Shown here piece after piece: positions 1-15,978 of a stretch of DNA of 64,000 bases. The notes below the pieces were generated by a model. It did no database searches. It saw nothing but the letters and a program-made list of their open reading frames with translations, and was not told the origin of the DNA. Source of the stretch: Dictyostelium discoideum (Eukaryota); NCBI GenBank assembly GCA_000004695.1, contig CM000150.2, forward strand, positions 2,880,001 through 2,944,000, read 5' to 3'. A program made the translations under genes and the position numbers. Position 1 is the first letter of the stretch; each line of letters begins with the position of its first letter.

Positions 1-2063
<2,063 letters not shown>

Positions 2064-2958
2064 TTTTAAATAAAATTAAAAATTAACAAACAATTCTATA
2101 TTTTGTGTACTTTTTTTTAAAAAATGAAAAATTTTAATTATTTATTATATATTTATTTATACACTTTAATTATTATCCACCCAACAGAAAAAAAAAAATA
2201 AATAAATAAAAATTTAAAAAAAAAATAAACAAAATAAACCAATACAAAAAAAAAAAAAAAAAAGTGGGGGAGATTGGTGATCCTTTATTAAAATTTGTAT
2301 TTGAAAATAAAAAAATAAATAAACACTATATTTAGTAAATGTTGTTATTTATTTTTTTAGTTTTATTTTTTTTTTAATGATGAATAAAAAATTTTTAAAG
2401 AAAAAAAAAAACAAAAAAAAAATAAAAAAAAAATAAAAAAAAAAAATAAAAAAAAAAGAAAATCAAAATCAAGATATTTTTTGTTTAAAAAGGGTGAACT
2501 ATTTTTGAATAATAATAAAAATAAAAATAAAAAAAAATAAAAAAAAGAGCTAAATTAAAAAATAAAAAAATAAAAATAAAAAAAATAAATCTAAATTTAC
2601 ATACATTAAAAAGATAAATCAATTTATTAAAATTTTAATTATTTTTTCTGGTTTTAATAATAACAAAAATATTTTATTGGAGGATGAAGGTTTGAAAATA
2701 AAAAAAAAAAATAAAAAAAAAAAAAAAATAAAAAAATTTAAAAATTAAAAACTTTCATACCTCATATTTTAATATTTTTATTCAAATAATTTGAGGTCGC
2801 CATGGAAAACCATTTTCTTTTTAAAAATTTTTTTTTTTTCAACCCAACATGTGTTGTGATCGTGTCATTATTAATTTTAATATAAAATTTTAAAAATTAA
2901 CAAACTTTTTTATTAGGTAGTACCAATGTAATAATAACTATTTTAATCAAGAAAACAG

Positions 2959-2989
<31 letters not shown>

Positions 2990-3106
2990 AAAAAGAAAAA
3001 AAGAAATTTTTATAACCAACTTTCCACCATAATTTATTATAATTTTTTTAATTAATTCCTTTTTTTGAAGAAGGTGTTGATTTATGTATAAATGAAAATT
3101 CTGGAA

Positions 3107-4312
3107 TTAATCAATTACTAAATATTAATAAAAGTAAATTAAAAAATAATAATAATATTAAAAAAAACAAATAAATAAAAAAATAAATAAATAATATTTC
3201 ATATAACTTACTGTCATTGGAAATTGGTTTTTTGGGTGTTGACAAGAAACTTGTTGAAAGATTTTTTGGAGGTGCCATTATTTCATTTTGTTGAATAATT
3301 TTTTGTGGTTTCTGTTGTTGAAGTGGTTGTTGAGGTTGTTGCTGTTGTTGTACTCCAGAATGTTTTACTGTAATTGGTGACGAACAAAATGATGGAGATC
3401 GATAATTTGATTTAATATTTTTTATTCCATTTATTTGTCTATTTTGAGTAGGAGAATTTCTTGATAAATATCCACTTTGATTTAATTTAAATCCATATGT
3501 TGGTGGTATAATTATATTATTATTATTATTATTATTAATATTATTATTATTATTGGTATTATTGTTTTGGTTATTGATATTGTTTTTATTAGTGATTAAA
3601 TTATTAATACTAATGTTACTATTTTCAATTATACTATTATTTAAATTATTATTATTATTATTATTATTTAAATTATTATTGTTATTATCATTATTTTTAA
3701 TATTATTATTTAAATTATTCATATTTTCTTTTAAAGATAAATAAAGTTCTTCTAATTTTCTTTTTTGTCTTGTTTTTTCAGCAAGTTTTTCTGTTAATTC
3801 CACAATTTCCCTTTTATCATTTTCACCATCATCTTTTTGTAATTTTAATTGTTTTTCTAATGATTCAATTTTAAAAATTAATTCTTCATTTGATTTTTTT
3901 AATTGTTCGAATTGATTCATAGATTGTTGTGCTTGATAAATATAACTTTGAAGATAAACACTAGTTTGATAATTAAAAAATTCTATTGCTTTTTCTGCCA
4001 TTAATAAAACTAAAATTTTAAATTGTTAGTTTTTTAAACAATTTTTTTTTTTTTTTTTTTTTTTATACTTTTTTTAGGAGATAATCCAAATAATAAAATA
4101 TTCTTTTCAATTGAAGAATCAATTGTTGTACCAAATAATGAATCTTTTGAAACCAAACTATTATCACAAATTGGACATAATCTATCATCTGTACATAATT
4201 TATTTGAAGCACATAAATCACAAAAAATATGAGAACAAGATGTAATTATACATCTATCATTTTCAATTATTTCTTTCCAACAACTATTACAATGAATACC
4301 AATTGATTCCAT
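3107..4312 (-). CDS. RING-finger plus coiled-coil protein, HEI10/CCNB1IP1-like E3 ligase. The model has about 3 exons.
   Basis: Exon 1 (4312 to ~4069) reads MESIGIHCNSCWKEIIENDRCIITSCSHIFCDLCASNKLCTDDRLCPICDNS, a C3HC4 RING. A GTATAA donor lies at ~4068 and an ATAG acceptor at ~3983. Exon 2 (~3982-3212) is a coiled coil (...QSMNQFEQLKKSNEELIFKIESLEKQLKLQKDD...) followed by an N/Q-rich region. A GTAAGT donor lies at ~3211, and a short last exon ends with TAA at 3107-3109. The RING and coiled-coil ORFs are only ~30 bp apart on the same strand, so fusing them by an intron is more plausible than two separate genes. Confidence 0.45.
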
Positions 4313-4631
4313 TTTATCTTTTTTTTTTTTTTTATTATTATTTATTTATTTATTTATTTTTTTAATTTGATATATTTAAAAGAAAAAAAAAATAAAAAAA
4401 AATAAATAAAAAAAAAAAAATAATAAAATTGGTTATATTTTAAAAATTTAAAAAAATATTATTTTATAATAAATAAAGATTAAATAAATAAAATTTTAAT
4501 TTATAAAGGTTTTTTTTTTTTTTTTTTATTATTATTAATTTATATATTTTAGACAGTCCAACTAAAGTAATATTTAAGGAATTTCCAAAATTAGAAAATA
4601 AAAATAAAAATTATATTAATATATAGATTTT

Positions 4632-4669
<38 letters not shown>

Positions 4670-4681
4670 ATATTTTTAAAC

Positions 4682-6392
4682 TTACATTCTTAATAAACGA
4701 TCTTTTGAACCAGAAGCAACTCTATCACCATCAGGGGACCAATCAACAGTATAAACTTCATCAGCATGACCAGGTAATTCTTTTTCCATTTTTTTAGTTT
4801 TAATATCCCAAATTTTCAAAGTACTATCTTTACTACCACTAACTAAATATCTACTATCAGAAGACCAACAAACTTGATATACAGCACCAACATGACCTCT
4901 GAAATTACCCAAAAATTTACCAGATTGGCCATCCCAAAGTTTAATTGACTTATCGAATGAAGCACTTGCGAAATAACGACCATCTGGTGAAAAACTAACC
5001 AAATTGATTAATTGCTGATGACCTGTTAAACGAGAGATTGAAGTTTTAGTAACTGATGGATTCCACATGATAACGGTGAAATCATCGGAACCACTAATTA
5101 ATATCTCCATTCCTTTGCTCTTTGCCTTTACATCATTATAACGCTCCAATGCAACTCTTTGTGCTTCTTCCAATGTATCATATTCTTTACCTGTATGATC
5201 GTATGATCCTGTTCTCAAAACGTAATCTGTATTCAATGCCAATGTATTAACCCAATGTGCATGACCATCCAATACTCTAACTAATCTACCATCGGTTGTA
5301 TTAAAAACTCTAACAGTTCTATCTTGTGATCCAGAATAAATCAATCCCTCTCCACCCCATTTCAAACATGTAACTGACATTGTATGACCTGATAATGACA
5401 TTAAATTTTTACAAGATTCTGTATCCCAAATTCTAATTGTTGAATCTTTAGATGATGATGCTAATCTAACACATTTTGGATTTCTATTATTTTTGTTTTT
5501 TTTTTTTTTAAAAAAAAAATTAATTAAAATAATTCAACATATATCAATTAATTTAATTTAATTTAATTTAATACATACAAATGAAATGGTTCCCATGATA
5601 AACCGGTTATAAATTTAGTATGACCTTTTAAAGTTGAACCTAATTGTTTACCAGTTTGTGGACACCAAATTCTGATGTCACCTTCCATACCGGCAGTTGC
5701 AATCTTTTTACTATCTGGTGACCAAGCTACTTGAAGTACCCAATTTGTATGACCTTTTAATGTATGGGTTGGTGTACTTGTATAGATATCCCAAATTCTA
5801 ACGGTTGTATCACCACCAACCGATACAAATCCTTTACCATCTGGACTGAATGCACAATTCAATACTGCCTCTGTATGACCTGACATTGAACTTGCACATC
5901 TTGTAACTGGTCTAACACGAAATACTGCTTGTGGTTGATAATAAATACTTAATGTTGTTTCATCTGATAATCCTTCTAAATGATTCTTTAAATTATTTGT
6001 AATCTCTTGATCATTAACAAAAAATGAGTATGGTAATTGTTCATCCTTTTGAAAAATATAAAAATATAAATATAAAATAAAATATATTAATATTTATATA
6101 TATATATATATATTATATATTAATTATTATCATTATTAATTTTTACATTATTTAATAAACTATTAATAAGCATTTGTAATTGTTCAGTTGTAACATTTTG
6201 TGATATATTGATTGGTGGACCAGTTGTATCATTTTCACTATCTTTATTTTTAAATTGTACAATTAGATTTAATGATGGTTCTTGTGATTCTAATTTTATT
6301 GCTTCACCAACTGTTGTTGGGATATATTCTGGTTTTGAAAACCCAAACTTTTGTTTGGGCATTTGTTTAGTTTTTGGTCTTTCATTACTCAT
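4682..6392 (-). CDS. Notchless homologue (NLE1): WD40-repeat ribosome-biogenesis protein with an N-terminal Nle domain. Three exons.
   Basis: Exons are ~6147-6392, ~5579-6045 and 4682-~5483, with GTAAAA and GTATGT donors and AG acceptors. The protein contains ...IYYQPQAVFRVRPVTRCASSMSGHTEAV... and ...LISGSDDFTVIMWNPS...ASASFDKSIKLWDGQSGKFLGNFRGHVGAVYQVCWSSDSRYLVSGSKDSTLKIWD...LPGHADEVYTVDWSPDGDRVASGSKD. These stretches are near-collinear with metazoan Notchless. Confidence 0.85.
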
Positions 6393-6559
6393 TGTTATTT
6401 ATATATATATATTATTTAAATTTGTTTTTTTATTTTTATTTTTATTTTTATTTCTATTTCTATTTTTTTTTTTTTAAGAAATTAATTTAAAATAAAAAAA
6501 AATAAAAAAAAATAAAAATTAAATGGGCTGACTCGTTTTTCGTTTTTTTTTTTTTTTCA

Positions 6560-6600
<41 letters not shown>

Positions 6601-7576
6601 TAATTTTATTTTTTTTTTTTTTATTTTTATTTTTGATCACTTTATTCCACTCCCGACTATTAATAGAAATTATGAATTGTTTTAAAACAATTTTTTTTAT
6701 TATTTTTTTATTTTTTTATTTTTGGGAATAATAATAAATAATAGAAAAAAGCAAATAGATAAAGATATTTTATAAAAATAAAAAAAAAATGAAATAAAAT
6801 AATAACAATAATAACAATAATAATATTTGTATAAGAATTCTTTTTTTTTTTTTTTTTTTTATTTATTATTTTTCTTTTATCTTGATTTATTAGTATATTA
6901 ACAACCAGGGAAATTGAATTTAATATATCTTCATTAAATTTCGATAGATTTTTTTTTTTTTGGTTTGTTTTTTCAAGCAAAAAAAAAAAAATTCTTATTT
7001 TTGTTTTTTTTTTTTAATTTTTTTTTTTTTTTTTTTATTTTTTTTTTATTTTTGTTATTATTTTTTTTTTTTATTTTCTATAAAATTTTAAAGATTTTTT
7101 TTTAATTTTAATTTTACTTAAAAAATAAAGTTAATTCAAATATAGAATTAAATTGGAATAAATTTATTTAGGGGTTAAATTATATATAATACATATACTC
7201 GAAACGTTCCCACCTTTTTTTTTTTTTTAATTTTTTATATTTATTTTTATTTTATTTTTTTTTTTTTAATTTATTTTTATTTTTTCTATTAAAAAAATTC
7301 AAAATAAACAAAGATTCAAAAAAAAAAAAAAAAAAAAAAAATAAATTAAACAAAAAAACACACACTTAATTTTGTGGATATCATTGAATTGATATTATCA
7401 ATTTCATCATTCAAAATAAATAATAATAAATAATAATAATAATCAAACTCCACCAAAAACAACAGTAGTAATAATAATAATAGAATAATAATAAAGTTAA
7501 TAATACATATAGAAAATAGGTAAACAAGTAAATAGAATAGTGGGAGAAGCAAAAAGTTACTATAAGAGTGAACACA

Positions 7577-7807
7577 ATGAACTCATCAAATTTAGCATTT
7601 CATGAAGATCAAAATGGTCAATCATTATATTATTCAGACTTACCAATCAGGTCACAAATTTTAAGGGATAAATATAGATTCTATGGTAGAAAAATTATAT
7701 TTTATTTATATTTGGCTTATTTTATAACAGCAATAGAGTTGTATGTATTTTTTATTTAAAAAATATAATATATAAAAAACACACACACAAAAGTAATTTA
7801 TATTTAT

Positions 7808-7841
<34 letters not shown>

Positions 7842-8427
7842 TAGGTTTCCAATATTATTAACAAATTTAACATTTTGGGCATGGTTAGTTCATACACTTT
7901 ATTGGGAAACAGATTTAGCAAATTCAAAACATAATATATTTATAAAGATTTTACATCCACTTAGTTTTGTGCTAAGTTTTGTTGTAATGATAACATCAAT
8001 TATATTATTAATTATATTGAATCCAGAATTCATTGCAAATCGAGCCCAATTGGAGGGTCATAGTATAGTGTTTGCTTGGTGTTTAAATATTTTAATTCAT
8101 TGGATTCCACCGATTATGTTAGTGTTTGATTTAATCTTACATAAGGAACATATTAGAAAGAGACATCGTATATTTTTATCAAGAAGAAATAATTTGAAGA
8201 CTTGGATCAAGGATGGTGTTAAAGTATTTTGGTGCGTAGTTTCTCCAATGATTCTAGTGGCTGCTTGGTTTGGCGCAGGTTTTACAATTCAAGGTGTTTA
8301 TGGTGTTACAAATTACAATTTATCTTATCTTATTCCTTCAATGTGTGCTGTTGATATGATTGTAGCTTTTTTCTTTATTTGGGTTGTTAGAAAAAAACCA
8401 GATTCCTATATAAGATTAAATAGTTAA
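7577..8427 (+). CDS. Hypothetical multi-pass membrane protein, about 249 aa, 2 exons.
   Basis: The ATG is at 7577. Exon 1 runs to ~7740, with a GTATGT donor at 7741. A TTTAG acceptor puts exon 2 at ~7845-8427. Several hydrophobic helices are present (LAYFITAIELY, FVLSFVVMITSIILLIIL, WCVVSPMILVAAWFGAGF, CAVDMIVAFFFIWVV). I recognise no catalytic motif. Confidence 0.5.
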
Positions 8428-8657
8428 AAATAAAAAATTTAAAAATATCCATAAATAACTCTTTTTTTTTTTTGCGGGCATTTTTTCAAATTTTTTTTTT
8501 ATTTTATTATTTTTTTTTTTTTATTTTTTTTTTTCATTTTTTTTTTTTTTCCAAATTTTTTTTTTTTTCATTTTTTTATTTTCTTCAACTTCATCGGTTT
8601 TGTGGGTTGGGTATATATATATAAAAAAAAAAAAAAATACACACATACACACACACG

Positions 8658-9988
8658 ATGAGTGATAATACAATGAATACAGAAGAAATCGAAAATGAAA
8701 ATGGATTTGATATTATTAATGATTTTAATAAAGTTTTAAAGTATAATGAAATTTCATTAAAATCATTTTCAGATCATTCATCAAATCAATGGAGAGAATT
8801 CACAATTGATAGTAATAGTCAAGGTTATTATGGTTATAGTAATAACAATGATATCAATTTTATTCAAGATAAATTCACATCAACACCATATAGATCTGGT
8901 GGTTTTAATTATAAGAAATCACCATTAACTGATGGTAGATTCATAATTTGGAGATTGGTTAATAAATCATCAACATTGGAATTATGTGAACATTATTCAC
9001 ATCATTCATTAGAAAGTAATCAAATTAGAATTCATTTCAATAATACATCAATCATTGGTGATGTTTTCATTCAAGAATTAAATGATTATGTTATCATTAT
9101 GGTTACAACTATTTCAAAAACAATTTATCGTTTCTTATTACCACATCCATCAATAATTGAACATTCTGATTCTGTAAGTACTTTTTAAATAAACAATTAA
9201 TATATTCATACATACATACATACATATATACATATATTAATATTATTATTTTAATTTTTTTAATAGAGAGTTGGTATAAAAAGAAAAGTTGAAGTTGATA
9301 GTTTTGGTAGTGGTAGTGGTAATAATAATAAAAGAAATTATAAATCTATATTTTCAAATTTATTAAATTCAAATTTAGATAATCAATGGTCAAGAGTTAG
9401 AGGAGTATTACCAGACTCATTTGAACCAACAGTTATTAGATATTATTCAGCTACTAAATTAATCATTGGTTCAAGTGGATCAGGTTCAACTTGGTTAGAA
9501 TTGAGTGATATTAAACAAAGTGGTGATATCACTGTTAAGAAATTCGATTGCAAAGAAGGTCAAGGTTTCTTTAGTTCTTGGAAATGGGGTGAAAAACAAG
9601 AACCTGTTCAAGATATTCAATTTTTATCAACAACAACAAATAGTAATAATAACAATAATTTCCCTTTAGCATTAATTTTATTAAATAATTCACAATTAAA
9701 AGTTTGGTCTGCAAATGATAAAAAGTTTATAAAAGAAATTACAATTTCACCTGAAAATTGGAATAACAATAATAACAATAACAATGAAAATAATAATAAT
9801 AATAATAATAATATACCTACATCACCAAATATAAATTCAAATCAACAACAGCAACAACAACAAAACCTATCATTAATTCATAAGAGATTTAAGATTTACC
9901 AAAGATCTACTAAAAGTTTCTTATTGGTTGTATATTTTCAATTTAATTCAGAATCTCAAGTAAGTATTAAATTATATTACTATTTTAA

Positions 9989-10045
<57 letters not shown>

Positions 10046-12633
10046 TATTAATGATTTTTTTTTATTTTTTTTTTTTTTTATAATTAGTTCCAATTTTTCT
10101 CAGGCACAAATGATTTCTCAAATGGTATAAACATAAAAGAAGAAAGATTTGCATTTTTAAAAGGAAAAGGTTTAATTGATTTTAATATTCATAATGGAAT
10201 TTTATATTCAATTTGGAGTCAAATTAAAGAAAGAAATTATAATAGAGGTAGAATTAATAGAGATCAAGAATTTGATGAAGATGATAATAAATTTGATAGA
10301 AACCATTTTGTTGATGATAATAATGATCAAGAAGAGGAAGTTATATTTAAACATATTTATATTGGTGATTTAATTAATTTCAATCATCAAAAATTGTCAA
10401 CATCAAATGGTAATGGTAATGGTAATGGTAATAATAATTTAGAAAATGAAAAAGAAATTAATATGGAATATAATCAATTTTATAATGGTGAAATGATTAA
10501 TACATTTGATAAATATTATGAAACTATTATTGAACATTCAGATGAAGATTCTGATCAACCAACTGATCAAACTTATTATTATAATCTATTATTTAATCGT
10601 GGTTTATTCTCACCAAATTCAATTGAACAAGCATTAAATGAATATAAGAAATTGAAAGATATAGATGATCATGGTGGTGATAATGATGTTGAAATGAATA
10701 ATGGATTTGATAATGACAACTCTTTAGAATCTGTAGTTTCAAATATCTTAAATCAAGAAGACTTTAAATTTCAATCAAATGAACAATGGTCAATCTTTTT
10801 TAAATTATGTACAAAATTTCAAAAACAAACTTGTTTACTTGGTTCTGGTTTATTCATTGAACCAACTTCATCAATTATATTTTTAATTAGATCTGTAAGT
10901 TTTATATCTTTAAAAAAATATTAATAATTTTTATATATCTCTCTAACTTTTTTTTTTTTTTTTTATAATAGAATCAACTATCAATTATGAAACCAATGAA
11001 ACCAATTGAATGTTTATATACAATTAGTAATAATATTAATAATAGTAATATTATTAGTGATAAACAATTTTATAATATTATTTTAAATTGTTTTGGATCA
11101 AATTCAAATGTATTGGTTAATGATTTCTTATATTTAATGAAATGTTGTAATTTTATTGATAGATTTATAAAGGATGATTATAGATCATTCGAATATGAAT
11201 TATCACGTCAACATGTTAATCATACTTTATTAAAAGTTTCTGAAAAATTAATTGCAAATTCTTATAACAATTCAAATAATAACAATAATAATAATAATAA
11301 TTCAAATAATAATAATATTGAAGATAATATTAATAATTATTCAATTGGATTTATTAAATTATTTAAACTAATTGAAAATCCAATTGAAACTATTAATTTA
11401 ATATTAAAGAAATTTAAAGAAGAATTTTCAAATCAAAATGATATGGTCATTCAATTACAACAAGGTTATAAGAATATTGATAAAGGTTGGAGTGGTGATT
11501 TATTTGCAGATATCTTAACAAATTGTTTCGTCTCAACAATTGAAATTAAATATCAACTATTGACAAAGTTATCATTATTATTGGGTACAGTTTCAAATCT
11601 TAGAACTCATTTAGGTATTGATACAAAAACATTATTTACATTGGAGAAATCAATTTTACCAGATTCAATTAAACTTTTATCAACTTATTATTTATTAAAT
11701 TGGTTTACAAAACAAAATTTCATTAAATCATTTGATAATTCAACAACAAGTGATATTGATAAAATTTTAATTTCACAAAATCAATATGGTGATGATAGTG
11801 ATAATAATAATAATATTAATAATAATGAATATTATGAAGATCAACAACAACAACAAAATCAACAACAATTTACAATTTCAAAAAATTTAAATATTTTAAC
11901 AATTTTAATTAATAGAAATTTAAATCAATTTACATCAAAGAATGAATTTTTTGAAAATATTGAAAAACAATTATCAAAATTATTATGTGTTTTAGCACCA
12001 CATATGGATTTATTTTCAATGGGTTGTTATTTAGTTGAAAAGAATCAATATAAACAATTGATGGAATTCCTTCAAATCATTGAAAATAATGAATTAATTG
12101 AAATGATTACACCATTCTATTATTTAATGGGTATTTGTTATGCACATTACTCGAAATTCAATGAAGCTTATCAATATTTATTGAAAGCAACAGAATCAAT
12201 TGAAAATCAAAATCAAGATATGTTAAAGATTTGTTCAATCTCAAAGGAAGAATTAGTTTGTAGTTTATTCGTTGATATTCCAATTGATAATAGAATGATG
12301 AATCAAACCAATGCCAACACCACTCAAACTCTAATTAGTAATTATTATTTGAAATGTATTAAAATATTTGAAACTAGAAATCAACCTGAATTCATCATAC
12401 AATTTAGTTTATTTGCTATCGATTATTTAACTTTAGAAAAAGAGAATTTCTCACGTTTAGATTATTTAAATAAATTGGAATCACTTTATTCTTTAGTTTT
12501 CAAATATTCTTTAAAAATTCAAGAATATGATTTAGCATTCACTGCTTCAACTCTTAATCCAAATCAAGATGTTTCACAAGAAAATAAAAGAAGATTAATT
12601 TTAACATTATGTGAAAATAGTGTTACAACTGTA

Positions 12634-12668
<35 letters not shown>

Positions 12669-14331
12669 AAATAATAATACAAATAATAATAATAATATTG
12701 GTAGTGGTAATAGTATTAAAGTTTTATGTAAATTACCATTTCCACAAAAAGATATTGAAGATAATTTATTAAAATTAGCATCTGCTCAAGATTTAAATAA
12801 GAAACCAGATTATCATACAATTCTTTATGCTTATTATATAAGTAGATGTAATTATCGTAATGCTTCAATGATTTATTATGAACGTTCAATTAGAGTAAAT
12901 ATTGAAGGATTAGGTAAATCGCGTGGTAAATCAATCTTTGATCAACAACAATTACTTGATACTAAATTGGAATTATTATCAACAACAATTAATACTTTGA
13001 AATTATTAGATCCATCTGATCAATGGATTGAAATTAATAGTAGTTCTTTAGATATTAGATCAACTAATATTTATAATAATAATAGTTCGTTAAATATTGC
13101 CAATCATCATCAACATCAACATCAACAACGTAAATTTAATTATATTGGTAATAATGATGAATTTAAAGATATTTCAGTTGTAACATTAAAAGAAATTGAA
13201 AAAGAGTATAGTTATTATTTAGCATCAAAACATTTATGTTCAATTGATAGTCAAATTAATAGTGATTTCATATTATCACCACAACAGTTATTAGAAAAGT
13301 TAATTCAATATTCATTATTTGATGTTGCATTTTCATTGGCAATCACTCAAGAGATTGATTTAGGTGCAATCTTTGAATCATTTGCTTCAAAATGCGTTCA
13401 ACTTCAATTGAATCCACAATCAAATCCATTCTTTATAAAAAATACAAATGGTTATGGTAGTGGTGTCATAGGTAATGGTGCCAATAATAATAATAATAAC
13501 TATGGTTTTGATTGTTCAGAATTGCAACATCTTAAAGATAAAGTTACATTGACTTGGAAAGTTTTAGAAAACTATTTACAACGTTATGATTCAGATAAGG
13601 ATTTCCAATGTTTATCACCATCAGAGATTAATGAAAATAGTCAAAATCCAAATACAAAAGCTACAATCATTGGTAATCAACAAATGCAATTGAGAATGTT
13701 TGGTGAGATTCAACAAGGTAGTTTGGTCGATAGAGATTGTAATGGTTGTTCATTCCGTGTTTCAGATTCAAAAGGTTTCTATTTAGATGTTCACTATAGT
13801 CATCGTGTACCACCATTCTTTAATGATACTCAATCAGGTCAACAAGTTATTGTCATTGGTAAATTACAAGATGGTAGATTCATAGCCGATAATGTACTTT
13901 GTAAACAAGGTCAATTACGTTATCATGAATTGGTAGCTGATACTATCCTATATGAAGGTACTTTGGATTTACCAACTTGGTTAATTCAATGGTTCTCAAA
14001 AGGTCGTCAAGATACTCTATTCAAATTATACTTTAGACATAGTCGTTTAATTGATGCTTCGATTACTTTAAGAGATTTATTTAAACATGCTCAATTTGAA
14101 TTAAATCAAATTAATAATAATAATAATAATAATAATACAATTAAAACTTCATCTCAAATAACTTCTAAAACAATATCTTTGAATATCCCATATGATTTAA
14201 TTGATAGATTCTTTATTGAAGCAAAGAAAATTAAATCATCAATAATCGATCAAAAAGAAAAACAACAATTAACTCAAGAATTAACTTTGGCTGAAAATGA
14301 AATGATTAAATATTTTAGTAAAGTGAATTAA
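8658..14331 (+). CDS. Large nucleoporin, Nup160/Nup120-like, about 1790 aa, 4 exons.
   Basis: Exons are 8658-9173, 9267-9959, 10088-10894 and 10972-14331. All donors are GTAAGT and all acceptors are phase 0. The N-terminus (...QWREFT...GRFIIWRLVNKSSTLEL...IRIHF...VIIMVTTISKTIYRFLLPHPS) matches my memory of the human NUP160 N-terminus (HFREFT...FIHWK...TLEL...IRLKF...VIILMLTN...VHRLLLPHPS). In the C-terminal part, HTILYAYYISRCNYRNASMIYYER and LIQYSLFDVAFSLAITQEIDLGAIFESFASKCVQLQ resemble the NUP160 alpha-solenoid. Confidence 0.6.
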
Positions 14332-15261
14332 AAAAAAAGAAAAAAAAAAAGAAAAAGAAATAAAAAAAAATAATTTAAGATTTATATAAAATTTGTGAAC
14401 TTTTTTTTTATTTATTTTGTTTATGTTTGTACCATTTTTATTTTTCGTTTAAAAATATAAAACCTTTGGAAATTTTATTTTCCAATTTCGAAAAAATGTC
14501 TAAATTCCCAGTGATCCCAATTAAAATAATAAAATAAAAAAATGAAAATGATTATTTTGGTTATTTTCAAAAACCGGTGGATTTTTTATTTTTTTTATTT
14601 TTTTATTTTTTATTTTTTTTTTTTACGGTTAATTTTTTTTTAAAGATATTTTGTTTTAAAAATAAATTTATTTTCTAATTTTTTTTGTTGTCGTTGTTAA
14701 CAACAAACAATTACATAAAACTTTTTTTTTTTTTTTTTTTTTTATTAATTTTTTTAATTTTTATTTTTTTATTTAAATTTTCAATTTCTAATCAACTGAT
14801 TAAAAATATCATTGTAAATTATCAATTTCCAAGCCAAATTTATTTTTAGTTCAAAAAATAAAATTTTTTTTTTTCTTTATTTATTTTTATCATCAAAAAA
14901 AAAAAAAAAAAAAAAAAAAAACAAATAAAAAAAAAAAAAAATTAATTAATTAAGAAGAGTAATAAATAAAAATGTAATAATTAAGAATTTAATAAATAAT
15001 TATTTCTGTTTTCTTTTTTTTTTTTTAAATCTTTATCTCACTTTTATTTTTAAATTTTTTTTACAATATCACATTATCAAATTACTTTTTTTTAATTTCT
15101 TTTTTTTTTTTTTTTTTATTTTTTTTTTTTATTTATGTTAATAATATTTTTTAACTTGTATTTAAATATTTTGACAAATTAAACCCACACCACACAACAC
15201 ATATATGGTGCTATATTTTATAGCCATAATCAGTTATAAATTTGTGTGTTTTATGTGTGTG

Positions 15262-15299
<38 letters not shown>

Positions 15300-15799
15300 C
15301 ATTTTTGTTAACATATTAATATTATTATAATTTTATTTATATCTGGGCAATTTCACACCCTTACTACTCACTAATCAAAACAACTCACAAAAAAAAAAAA
15401 AAAAGAAAAAAAAAAAAAAATTAAAATAAATAAATAAATTAAATGCTTAATGGAATTTACTACCAAAAAACCCACACCCATCACTATCAATTAAACAACA
15501 CAAAAAAAAAAAAAAAAAAAAAAAAATTAAATAATTAAATAAATAAAAAAAAATAGATGTATAGTAAAAAAAAAAAAAAAATTTATTTTTTAAAAAAAAA
15601 AAAAAAAAATACATCAATTTACTAATTCATTATTTTATTGTTTTTTTATTATTATTTTTATTATTATTATTTCTATTATTATTATTATTTCTATTATTAT
15701 TATTATTTTAATTTTTAATTTCTATTATTCACAATTATTAATTTTTTATTTATTTTTATTTTTATTTTTTTAAATTCTTCTTTTTAAAGTTACTATTAA

Positions 15800-15947
15800 A
15801 TGGATAGTAATAATAATAATAACAATGAAAATGAAGCTTTTAGTGGAGCCAGTGAAAGTTCAGAAGTAAGTTTTAATTTATTATTATTTAATTTTTTTTT
15901 TTTTTTAATTTTTCCTTTTTATTATTAACAATTAAAATTATTTTATT

Positions 15948-15978
<31 letters not shown>

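Noticed and set aside
6208-6477. 89-aa plus-strand ORF
   Set aside because: It overlaps the first exon of Notchless in antisense and runs into an (ATTTTT)n simple repeat. It has no motifs.
10176-10373. 65-aa ORF between Nup160 exons
   Set aside because: It lies in an alternative frame inside Nup160 exon 3. The in-frame exon translation joins the neighbouring exons cleanly.
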